Assembly: GCF_964355755.1 (NCBI RefSeq)
Contig: NC_092680.1
Span: 17,617,045-17,681,044 of the forward strand
DNA: 64,000 bases
DNA from: Antedon mediterranea
Taxonomy: Eukaryota; Animalia; Echinodermata
Reading direction: 5' to 3'
Of the stretch, positions 1 to 13,200 are shown piece by piece. How positions within the stretch are numbered: the stretch's first letter is position 1; the number at the start of each line of letters is the position of its first letter. The position numbers were made by a program, and so were the translations under genes. Below the pieces are notes generated by a model. The model saw nothing but the letters and a program-made list of their open reading frames with translations. It was not told the DNA's origin and ran no database searches.

Positions 1-170
1 TAACGACCCTCACAAAGCTTGCTAAATAAATAAATACATAAATTAAATTTATAATAAACAAGGTGTAATTGTTTGTAACTACTGGAGTAGCTTTGCGTCA
101 GGGTGTTGAGTAATTGGTCATATGTTTTGCCCCAAGTTTGTACTTCATACTAAGTACATTGAAGAGCGCA

Positions 171-465
171 AGCTCGGTAGTTTAGAGGTATGAACGCCAG
201 GCTAGTGATCTGGAGATCGTGGGTTCGAGTCCCATCCGAGAATTACTTGCGTATTTTTTTAAGTATTCTCAATGTATTTTAGTACAGTGTACACAGTACA
301 CAACTAGCTCGTGTGCACTTTAAAGAACCTAGTACATCTTTCGAGACGAGTAGGGGGTTGCCCCGGTGTATAGTACATCACACACACTGATCACCAACTG
401 GGCCCTCTGGGAGACCAGTCTTTGACTGAAGAGGTTACCCAGTATAAATATAAACAAACAAACAA
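171..465 (+). mobile_element. tRNA(Thr)-derived SINE
   Basis: Head 171-241 has an A box, B box GGTTCGAGTCC and anticodon arm CCAGG-CTAGTGA-TCTGG, followed by a body and a (AAAC)n tail. A related body fragment lies at about 14503-14590. Confidence 0.8.
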
Positions 466-1262
466 TAGTATGAATTACAAATTACGTCAGAGTAGGGCAA
501 AACATCTGACCAAACACGGTATCTGCAGTGTTTGGCGTAGCCTACTCAATTACTGGTAATACACTTTTTTTTAAATAGTCCAATTGCATCACAATATCAA
601 TAGAATTGTTTAAAACACACAGTATACTATTATTGTTATTTGAATAATCTATTTTTTTTAAATAACTTACAAATATTTACCATTTTATATACATTATTGA
701 TAATGAAATATTAAATTGCATTACGTTGTACCCTGTATATACATTCTGGATCAACTTCTACTTTTAAAGTCTATATTGAAAAAATAAATATTGAAAAAAT
801 AAATATTAAAAAATATGAATAAAAAAATCTGATACCATTTGTACCAAAATTTGCATATTTTTGTATAGTTGCTGAAAGCAGGGAAACTCTTCCCTGCTGA
901 AAGTAAATAATTCCGTGGCGCCATATTAATTTTGTAGAGTGCGGTACTAGTCCTAATACTAGTTAACGATAGTCTACATAGGCCCTAATGTATATTGTGC
1001 TAAATAGTTAAATTAAAACTTCTGGGAAGAACCTACCCTAATAATAGTAATATAATACTGACTTTAAAAATGATAATTACCCTGTTTTAATTGTTGTGTA
1101 TTATCGGGTAAAATTCGAACACTTCCAGGGAGAAAATGTTTTTTTTTAAATAACGATTATACCTAACGATTACGTAGTCCTATATTGCAAGTACGTTTAC
1201 TTAAAACTGTCTTAAAAGATATTAAAGATATTACCGTATGTTATTACTTCCATATAAACTAA

Positions 1263-4200
1263 TTACACATTCACAGGTTCTAATTTGTTATTGTTTTCTA
1301 GGCCTACTGCGTTTATCACCTCAGCTGAAGCGTTTATTGGTGACGCGTTTTCAGTTTGCTCATCAACTTTTAAACACTGCCGTTGGCTAGTATTGCTTGT
1401 TTCTATAACTTTGCCACTTTCTTCATTCTGTATCGTTGCAGTAACAACACATTTGTTAGGCTGCAAACTTTTACCGGGAATTGTTAATGTATTTCCGTAT
1501 GAGAGTTCTAAAGCATCGATTTCAGATTCCGTTTTTGACTGCCTACGGCTGTTACCTCTACTACGGTAAGATTGCGATGCTTGGCCAATCACCATTTTCA
1601 GTTTATATAGACGCCATGCTCGTTGCAGAACCTTTGCAGCCGTTGCGCGTTTCTTTATCTGCAGTGTAGATGTCGTTGGTTTGTAACTTTCTCTTCCAGG
1701 GAACGATTCGTTAAATCTTTCCTGCATTTGTTTCTGCAATTTATTGAATTCTTCCGTTTCTTCGATTGATCCGAGTACACGCTTTGTCAACGCGTAGAGC
1801 ACATCCAAGCAATGCAGTTTTGTATCGTCATAAATCGGCAAATCAAGACCTGCTATTTTAATATTATTTGGTTTTGCAAGCCTTAATGGTGGACCAAGCT
1901 CATTGCAAAAGTCTGATAAACTTTCGTATGAAATGAACTGAGTTGCTAACGGATCGAACCGCTCCCAAACCTGGTAGAACATTACAAAATCATCTTCTGT
2001 AATCCCAACCTCCTCCTGTGCATGCGCTTGACTAAAGTTCTCAAGTATTACAGCAATATACATATTAATAACGACAAGAAATGTAATTATTAAAAACGAC
2101 ATAAAATATAAGATAGCAAATAATCTGCTTCCACAGTTTCCGTTCGGATGCGTTCCGTAATTGGGATCACAATCCGGTGGAGACGTCATCAGTGGTTCTA
2201 AAACGTCATTCCAACCAGCAGACGTCGCGACTCGAAATAACAATAGTACACTATTTGGCCACGTCTCAAAGTTAACGACGTCGTCAATCGCACCGTCGTG
2301 TTTAACATGACCAAACTGTACCATACCGATAATAGAGTATATAAACACAATAAGAAATAGCAATGAACCAATGTTGAATAATGCAGGTAATGATATTACT
2401 AGAGCAAAAAGTAGTTTTCGAATTCCTTTTGCAGCCTTAATTAGTCGTAGAACTCGTCCAATTCGAAATAAACGTAGCACACGGAGTAACGTTGGATTTA
2501 TAATGGTATCCGACAATACATCATCAAGCACAATACCTAGAAAATGAATAAAAACATTGACCATTGCTACTGTATAATATTTCAGCGCTAGTTGAATTCA
2601 ATCCAAAAATTTATAAATATAACAATGTAGATCTGTATTACATTGGTGGTAAACATGTTTGCAGTTGCGTGTTGGGTTTAGCGGCACCGGTCAACAAAAT
2701 TCCACTGAATAGAACAATACGGAGGGATTTGCTGCCTTTTTAAGGGTTTGCCGTAAACTAGTGCGAAGACCATTTCATTTACAAAATACAGCGGGGTATC
2801 TTAAGGTCTGCACGAGTGATATACGATAAATTAAATCTATTTAAAAAAACTAAATACACGTACTTACCTAAAATTGAAAGGGTTACGACAACAAAGTCGA
2901 ATGTATTCCAAGGAACTTTGAAATAGTGCCAACGAAGGCCAATGAATTTCATTATAGCCTCGATCGAAAAAATCACCGTAAAAGCGATGTTTAGAATTCG
3001 CAAAACGTCCGTTATCAACTGGTCTTGTTGGTAATGCTCTATCATCATCGCTATCATGTTTAAGAAGATTATACACACTATGGCAATCTCAAAACGTGTG
3101 CTTGTTACCAAATCGTACATGTACACCTGGACGGTATTCTGTTGGAAAAGGAATAACAGTATATCAGTGAATGGAAAGGATGTAAAAAATAAATGATACA
3201 ATTCTACTATACCTAAATGAAATACTGTTGAAACCAAAATTATAAATATAATAAATATTTGTTGAAAAAACAAATATTTTATACTATAATAAGTAAAGAC
3301 AACGAAAAATAAAATTAAACTACTACTGATATCGTGATACATAATGCGCCACACTTGAAGAACGACATTGAACAATTAAACAGTTTAGGGTAGGTTTATG
3401 GATTTATAATTAATGGAACAACCTTATAAGGAACGAGTTAGCGGTAGAAAGAAATGCCTTATAAGGTAAGAGTTAGTGGTAGAAATGAAAACAATACTTT
3501 AGTATAATAACATGCTACACACATTAAATTAAATAATGAACTTAAAATATAATTACATTTAAAACGTTCTTCATGAATAATATTTGACAGAAATATTCTA
3601 CACAGAAATGTTCCAATAGAAAAAATAGCTAACCGGTAAACGTATAGTTTTGTCAGGAAGAGTGATCCTTGGTTTGATAAACACGATATTTTTACATTTT
3701 ACATCATGACACATAAGCAAAAAATATATATACTATTTGTAGAATGATGTAATATAATGAATATTAATTGATTCTATTGACTGACTGACACTTAGTATCA
3801 ATACTTACATTTGACTGGAGTATGATAAAAGAAAATAACAATAAAATATCAGTGAAAGGTCATAAACAAAATGAAGTATTTTTCTTTTATAAAAAACACC
3901 TCACTTCTAGAGCCCCAACGACCAGTTTAATATATACTTTTAATGTATTGCATCGTTTAGTTTGTGTTGTTTGCATGATTTCGCTTATGGTCATCATCGG
4001 CAATTTAAATAATGTCGGCTATTAGTAATTGGTTACATCTTATTTTCGACTTACCGTTGGTTTTTTCAACTGTTTCTTTGGCTTACGGATTCCAATACGT
4101 CGCATTGTCGAGTAATAGTTTTTTTGGTTGTTTGTTAAAAACATGTCGAGAGTACTATCTCCTTCATACTAAATACAAAATCACAAAAGTATTGACATAG

Positions 4201-7200
4201 AACATTAAACATTAAATTAGGCAGGTGTTTTCTTGAAAATAATACTGTAGTATTAAATTAATGGCGCTGCATAGGTAATAGTTAGAGCGCCCTCTATATC
4301 GTCACACAAAAATGTTCCTTTTCTCTTGTTTAAAGCTCTGTCTACACTTCAAACTTTGTGATGTGCCTATATATGAACATGATGACGTCAGATAACTACC
4401 ATATTAAAACATATCACTACCATATTTAAGCATATCCATACCATATTTGGGCACATCACACCTTTTTGTCAAAGTAGTTTGATAGTGACAGAGCTTTAGG
4501 CACACTGACATTTTATTCATCGCAGACCGAAATCTTAATATATTTTAATACACAAGGGAATGTTCCTAAATCACACTGTTAAGCTTAAACAATAAAATAA
4601 TACAGTATAGTACCTTTTTCTTAAGTTTATTAAAGTTATCAATGATCACACCGATGAATAGATTCAACGTCAGGAAAGATCCAAGCACGATGAAGACAAC
4701 GAAAAACAAATAAGCGATGAAATTTGCTTCTCTTGACGGTTGCTGGTCAATCTAACATAAACAAGACATTGATAAGTTATATTATTTATTTAGTTATTCA
4801 TACGACGGCCGGATCCGGTCACTCAGATACGGTTGATAAAATCCACGCAAGGATTCCTAAAAGATTACTATATACCCATGTTAAAAATGTTCTCCGGCCA
4901 ACGAATAAGATAAAGACGTATTATATTTGTATATAATGTACAATAAAATAAATAAGATAAATAATGACAAACAAAATGTCATACAGCAAGAAATATCTGC
5001 AAAAATAATACTTACCCCTCTGGCATCCACACTCGCTTGCATAACTTCCATCCATCCTTCAAATGTAGCCTTTAAGAGAAAAGCAGTATTTATTAGATTA
5101 TTAATTTTGTTAATCTAAGTGATATAACATTGCGGCTTTAAAATAAATTATCCAGGTTTTACTGTCCAAAATCCGATGGTATTAATCAGTAACCTCTAGG
5201 ACACAAGAAGATAGTATTTTTGTATCATAGCAAACTACTACAATTACGGCCATACTGCGTTGAAACACTCTCGTCAGATCACCAAACTACACCGGGGTAC
5301 GGTGGGTATCTTTGCTAATATATCAAAAAAAGTACCATTGAACGACCGTGCGTACTATTGCACGCTATGTGACCCAGATTCGTCCAATCGAATGACAGGA
5401 ATTTATTAAGGTGTTATATAGTATTGAAGACGACTCACCACTTGAAAGAGAGCAACGTAGCCATTAATAACAGTATCAAAATTAATATTTGTATTTATCC
5501 AAGTGTAATTCTTATAAATACATTCCGTTTTATTATCGACAATATCAATGGATAGAATTTCTCCGTCATCATCTACACATTTGAAGAATCTGCCACCAAA
5601 AAACTGAACCCCAACAATGCTGAATATAAGCCAGAATACTAGGCAAACCAGAAGCACATTTCCAATGGCTGGAATAGCATGGGCCAGCGCGTTCACTACA
5701 ATCTGACGAAACAAAAAATAGACTAGTAATTTAGGAAAAATGGTACATTATGTGTTATCATATCTATACACCTTACTTAAAATACAGGCGTCACAACGTG
5801 ATACATTCTCTATAAAGCTCTGTCTACACTATCAAAGTAGTTTGGAAAAAAAAATGTGCCCAAATATTATAGTGAAATGCACAAATATGGTCGTAATATA
5901 TGACATCATCATGTCCATAATTATGGGACAACACATATTTGTTGTCACATAGTGTAGACAGAGATTTACAGAAGTTGTTGGTTGTTGCTGAAAAATCTGA
6001 CCCATTTTTGTTTTGTGCCTGAAATTATTGAGGAAAAGTAACGTATACCAACCTTCATGCCTTGCCATCTTGATATGGCTCGAAGTGGTCGCAAGGCCCT
6101 CAACGTTCGGAGTGATCGAAACGCTGTCAAATTGCCTAAACCCATAGCATCAGCCAACAAACTCAGTATTGATATCTATAAAACAACATAATAATAATAA
6201 TTCGATTCGATCCAGTTACCAGAGAAAACTCTAGGTGACGTTAGGTTTTTTGTTTACTGTGTTCACGCACATGCGTTTTGTACGGAACAAATGTAATATC
6301 GTTACCGTATATATAATATTATTTTAATGTATTGTTTGAAGGTTTGAATGGCGAAATCAGATGTCGATATACATTTTGCGAAAGAACTGTTGAGTTTCTC
6401 GACGTTTCGGAAATGGAAAGACATTATCACTCATAAGGACGATCAAAGCATATTGATCGAAACGTCGAGAAACTCAACAGTTCTTTTCAGAACTAATATA
6501 CGTGGTGTACCGCAACATTTATATCAACATTATTTTAATGATTTTCGGAAAATGTGAAACGTTTGGGAAGTACTGTATGTAGAAATATGAAATTACTTCC
6601 TAATATTATATAAATAATAATAATAAAAGTATGAAAACGAACAAATAAATAATCGTGTTTTAACTTACAATAACAATTACAAAATCCAGCCAGCACCAAA
6701 AACTAGAGAAATATTTCTTGAATCCTAAACCTATCCATTTTATGACCATTTCCAGTGTAAATATTACAATGAAGACATAATTTAATATGTTTAAAACGTT
6801 ATCCAAAGTTGAGTTTTCTTCTAAATAGATATCTTCAAATGTCTATAACAAAAGTAATAAGAATACACAAATGAATATTAAATGTGCTACTATCTAGTGG
6901 ATAGAAGGTAGCTTGTTAGAGAAGAAGAATAATGAGAAAAAAAAGAAGATTGTGAAGGAGAATGAGCTGGAAAAGAAGGTCGAGAAAGAGAATCAAAAGG
7001 AGAACAATTTGAAAGAGACTAAAAACAGAAAATGAGTAGGACCAGAGAAGAACTATGAGGAGAATAACAGAAAGAGAGAGAGAGAGAGAGATAGAAAGAA
7101 AAGAAGAAGTAGGTGTAGAATTAAGGGAAAAGAAGAAAGAAAATAAAAGGGTAAAAGGAGAAGAAAGAACGAGTGAAGTGAAGTAAGAGGAGATAAAAGA

Positions 7201-10196
7201 GAAGGATAAGGAGGAGAGGGAGAAGTAAGAGGAGAATGAGAAGGAATAGCATGAAGAGAATAAGAAGAAGTAGTGGGATGAGAATGAGAAGATTTAGTAG
7301 GAGGATAATGAGGAGATAGAGTATTAGGAAGAGAATGAGGAATAGGCCTAGTAGGAGGAGAATTTGAAGGGGAAGTAAGAAGTGAATGAGAAGGAGTAGT
7401 AGTAGGAGAATGAGAGGAAAATAAGAAGTGAATGAGAAGTTGTAGTAGGATTGGAATGAGTAGTAATAGTAAGAGGAGAATGAAAGATAAAAGGGAGAAT
7501 GAGAAAGAGAAGTAAAAGGAGAATGAGGAGTAGTAGGAGGAGAATGAGAAGGAGAAGTAAAAGGAGAATGAGAAAGAGAAGTAAGATGAGAATGAGAATG
7601 AGAAGAGGAGAAAGAGAAGGAGTAGTAGGAAGATAATTACAAGGAGTAGTAAGAGGAAAATGAGAAGAAGAAGTAAGAGGAGAATAAGAAGAAGTAGTGG
7701 GAAGAGAATGAGAAGGAGAAATGAGAGGAGAATGAGAAGGAGTAGTAGGAAGAGAATGAGAAGAAGAAGTAAGAGGAGAATGAGAAGAAGAAGTAAGAGG
7801 AGAATGAGAAGAAGAAGTAAGAGGAGTGGGAAGAGAATGAGAAGGAAAAGTAAGAGGAGAATTAGAAGGAGTAGTAGGAAGAGAATTAGAAGGAGTAGTA
7901 AGAGGAAAATGAGAAGAAGTAAGAGGAGAATGAAAAGGAGTAGTGGGAAGAGAATGAGAAGGAGAAGTCAGAAGAGAATGAGAAGGAGTAGTAGGAAGAG
8001 AATTAGAAGGAGTAGTAAGAGGAGAATGAGAAGAAGAAGTAAGAGGAGAATGAGAAGGAATAGTAGGAAGAGAATGAGAAGGAGTTGTAAGAGGAAAATG
8101 AGAAGGAGAAGTAAGAGGAGAATGAGAAAGAGTAGTGGAAAGAGAATGAGAAGTAAGAGGAGAATGAAAAGGAGTAGTGGGAAGAGAATGAGAAGAAGAA
8201 GTAAGAGGAGAATGAGAAGGAGTAGTGGGAAGAGAATGAGGAGAAGTAGTAAGAGGAGAATGAGAAGGAGTAGTAGGAAGAGAATGAGAAGGAGAAGTAA
8301 GAGGAAAATGAGAAGAAGAAGTAAGAGGAGAATGAGAAGGAAAAGTAAGAGGAAAATGAGGAGAAAAAAGGAGAATGAGAAAGAGTAGTATGAGGAGAAT
8401 GAGAAGGAGTAGTATGAAGAGAATGAGAAGGAGAAGTAAGAGGAGAATGAGAAGGAGAAATAGGAGGAGAATAACAAATCAAGAACTTACCAATGTTATA
8501 CTGCTAGCAAATATTGTAAGCAGAATAAAAGACTCGAAGATTTTGTGTTCGACAATGATGTTGGCAACTAGTCTAGTTTTCATCCACGTTTTACCACAAG
8601 ATGTTTCTGAGAGCTCTTGAAGTTTTGGAAACTTTCTCAGACAAAATGCGTTACATTTAACCGGAAAACAATCTTCAGCCTTCATTGTTCTAATGACGTC
8701 GTCTTCTTCATCATCTATAACAGCGGCTTCCTTTCCGTTTTTGTCTTTTCCAACCTCGCTCTCTCCAGTTTCTTCATTTGTAGTAATGCGTGTTTCTGTG
8801 CGTGGCACATCTAAATTGCTATCAAAGGATACAGACCGCCGTGCATTGTTTCCACTCTAAAAAATACTATACTATAAAGCACTGCTCTCAAAACTTTGTG
8901 TACCAAAGCATACAAATGATGTCGGTCAACAAAAGTACAAACAACTACAATCAATGTGCAAAATCTCTGGCTTTTTAGACACATAACGAGTTACCGGACT
9001 TTCCTGTATTCACAGTGAACGACGGGTAAGGATCCTCCTCCCAAATTATGCCCATGACGTGTATACATTAAATCATTCATTAATAATCACGCGTAACGGT
9101 TTGTAATTAGCGCCATTACAGAACAAACCATGGATACATTCGGTCATTGTTGAGTGACAACTGGTTCTTTACACTTTATAAAAAAAATCATATTCAACTA
9201 AAATAGAATGTATAATTTAATAGGAGCTAATAATTTAATTAGCTATAAATATTTTTACATTCCTTGAAAATATGTTTTGCTATTATGAGGGGAGGTGAAA
9301 GCGAAGGTAGAGGAAGGGGATATGTAGTGGATCTTAGAATTGGCAAACAAGCATGGCAAACACCAAGCTTCAGTGCCACATTCAATGAAATGATAGTAAC
9401 TTTAGTAATGATTTCTATATCTTGAACCAAACACGTAATCCGTCTCTCTGGACAAATCATTAACCTGAATCCACACACCACCTTATCATAATTTTATTAT
9501 TTTATAATTATCGAATACTATATTATTTATCATGTGATTATATTTATTTGAGTGTGGAAAACCAATAAAACAAACAAACAAACCTGGTTATTATTACCAT
9601 TTCTTTTTTTCTCTATGAATTTGATATATTTGTATTTTCTATTGTGTCGAATTTCTAATAAATAATAAATAAATAAATAAATAAATTGCCCATGTGACAT
9701 GTAAGGTTTACCTGTACGCTGTTATTACTGCCATTTCTTGACATCATTGGTGTTCCTTGATTGCCGTTAGACAGAATGGAATGGATGGATTTGGATTTGG
9801 AGACTAGTGATTCATTAGATGCTAGTACATTATTATCTTCATCTTTGTTTACAGGGAATACTTTCATCTCAATTATTTCTAATTAGAAAAAAAATATTAG
9901 CATGTTTTATAGTGATAAAGAAGGGCGATTATAAAGTTCGATTCTTTTTGACATATAATGTGTGTATAACGAACGTATACGTTCTGTTTTATAATGTGGA
10001 TTTAAGGACAATAGCAGATCTAGACCTGGAAAGAAGCCGACGACGAAAAGGCTTTAGAGAACTATGTTTACATCCGTTTCTTGTTAACAAACTAAAAAAC
10101 TCGTTAATTTAAAAGATAGTCGCGTTCATCAAACTTACAATGCATAGATTCATTAGGTTTTTGTTTGTACATGCCCATTCGTAAGTATGAATTATT

Positions 10197-10278
<82 letters not shown>

Positions 10279-13200
10279 CAGGTTAGCTAACAACTATTTT
10301 GTAGTTTCTAAACAGTCTAATTAATACCAGAAATTACATTGTGTAAGCGCTGGTGAGATAGAGACAAATCCATAAATCAATTGCTAAAACATGCTACAGC
10401 TACACTGCTGAAGAAAAAGATACATGGCGAAAAGGTGTAGATATAATTGGACAGTCTGTCAGAAGACGCCGTAGTGAGTTAAAACAGTTGATACTTACTT
10501 GGTAGATTTGGATCTTGTCTAGCAGGTGACGCATGTGAATCACTGTCACCATCGTTTGCTTTACATTGACTAACGACTATCACTACATCACACGGTGGCT
10601 TGCTTTCATTGCCACTGGAGGAAACATTATCCTTAGATTCATTAACTTTGTCACTAACTCTGTTCTGTTTTCGGCAACATTTACATATAAACATAAAGAA
10701 TCTTTTAATCTTTAAGAAAGCCAGGTTTAAACGTGATTCTTCGGGGGAACTGTTGAGACTCAGATCATTCGCAAAGGAGTTGAGCAGCAACGCCAGAAAC
10801 AAATTCAATATCTGAAAAAAGAATGTTTGAATTTATTAAAGTCGTGTTTCTTATGGAAATGCACTGTTGAGAATTAATTGGACTTTTATCTGAAGCATGA
10901 AACACGCAAGCATATTTATTTGTAGCCTAGACAACAAACTTCTGAGTTGCACATCATGCTCTTTATTAAAATTCAAATAATAGATAAAAATCAACGGTTC
11001 GTTGTGGTTTTTTACATAAGAATGTGTGTTAATCAATATAAACACAATCATAATTTGTGTACAAATAAGTTTGTAATAAAGCACTTTGTTCTCTTGTCTT
11101 ATATGACACTCAATTAACACCATTATTGTTCTGTCGCCGACTCTACACGTTTCTCTTTAATCCACTGTTACAAATATTTTATCGGAAAACGACGAAATAC
11201 GTACTTTGATGCTTTGTGTTTCGTAATCTTCCTCTTAATCGGGAAAGCTATAGCAAGACACAGGCCATACCAAACCAAATTTAAGAAAGGCACTGAAATA
11301 ATGTTTCACTTACCATGATATTACCGATGATGAGAGTTAAAATAAAGACAATTATACAGGTGCCAGGATTGGATGCCCGCATGCAATCGTACAAAGGTTC
11401 TATCCACTCTCCACACAGGATTCGAAACACCATCATAAGAGAATGATGAAAGTCTTTGAAATTCCACCTGGGAACAATTCCTTCTTCAAAATTACTATCA
11501 ATATAGTCTCCACCAAACAGTTGCATTCCGATGACAGCGAATATATAAATAATGATGAGGAGCACCAAAGAGAGGTTTCCGACCGCTGCCATGGTGGTGC
11601 CGATAATGGACAGAAGAACCCGCATGGTCGTCCATGACTGGGCTAGCTTTAGGACACGAAGCTGTCGAAGATTGATTTCAACATTAACAATTATGATTTA
11701 TTTATAGTCAAAATTTGTTATTAGTCATTTTATTATTAGATTTCATTCCGAATAATGTATTTCTCATAATATGGCATTTGTCAAAAATTGTCTTAATATC
11801 GTCTAAATTGTAGATTGTCATTATGAGATACAAGCCCACCACATACTGTCAACAACCATTCAATTCGAGACGTCAATTGACTATAACTAATACTCGGAAA
11901 AAAAACCTATTATTTTGTATTCTCATTTGTTGTATATTGTTATTATCAAACATATTCATATTCTCAATTTTAGAATATGGCGTAGGTGCGGAAGCTACCA
12001 CTACGCTGATGGTGTAGGCATGTGCAAATGTTGTTTATGCTATATTATGTTCATGTAATCAACATATGGGTACTTACCAAACGAAATGTCCGTAGCACCG
12101 ATAAACCACCACCTTCATAGCCTGATAGAAATACCTCGATCAAGCTAACACATACAATGACCAGATCAAACAGGTTCCAGCTACTTTTAAAGTAGTTGAA
12201 ATCAAGCGCTATTATTTTGGCTATACATTCCACAGTGAAGATAATAGTAAATATCTAAAAATGAAAATGATGTTATTAATACTAAATTATTATTATTTAT
12301 TTAATATTGATTTTGGACTCATAACAAAATAAAGATCTTCCTTCAAAAATCAGAATAAAAATAAATTAAATAATTCCAGTTCAGTCGCCTCACATTATGT
12401 TTTCCTATCCTAAACTTTTCCAAAGAATTCTATCTCTTGTTGGATATCTTAATTCCATCAAAGTCGTTCAAAGACTCAAGACAACTTTGCATAACCCTTG
12501 AACGGTTGGTCTATCTTATTGATTGCCTATAATTTGCTTTCATAAATCATATGCTAACATAGTTCTTAGTTTTGTTTATTTTAGTTGCGAATGTTCATAT
12601 TTTAACAAGAGATTCGAACATCATATTGGTTAATAGTAATCTGTCAACAATTTTTTTTCTTACCGTATTTCCGATATTTAATATCTGAAGTAGTGTAGGA
12701 CTAATGCCATAATGGTCCATTCCAAGAAATATTGTATTTACAAAAATACATATTGTGATGAAAAGGTCAAACAGCGGGTCAAGCACTACCCACGAAACTG
12801 CTAACTTAAACTGTCGCCAACAGCGGTAAATTGGTGCCGATAACTTGATGTTTCGTCGACAACACAAGCAACACCAAGTATAATTGCAAATATGTATATA
12901 ATCGCTATCTTTTACTATATGTGCTGATTTATCTAAAAGCAAAAACAAAATTGTATTCTTTCTGATAGGTTGGACACAGTATACATATTATACATATATA
13001 TTTTACAATATATTATTATATGTGCTTTTTTGCGATTCTATCTATCTAGTCTATACAAATGGTAGTGTAAAATATTAAAGGTATTAATGCTTCAGTGTGG
13101 ACTATTATGTCGAGTGTAAAACTTGTACACTCTTATTCGATAGCGACGACGCTTGCAATTGACGATTTCTATTGCGTTTTCAATTGGAGGCGCTTATTCG

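Noticed and set aside
171-241. Functional tRNA-Thr gene
   Set aside because: The acceptor stem is incomplete and it is followed by a SINE body and tail.
7660-8482. Protamine-like 242-aa Arg/Ser ORF and antisense Leu- or Ser/Phe-rich ORFs
   Set aside because: Translation artefacts of the 24-bp purine-rich minisatellite inside a Nav2 intron.
8824-8832. GTATCCTTT, a U12-like donor on the minus strand
   Set aside because: It lies inside coding exon 8491-8856 (SVSFD) and only about 20 nt from the next AG; the frame is satisfied without it.
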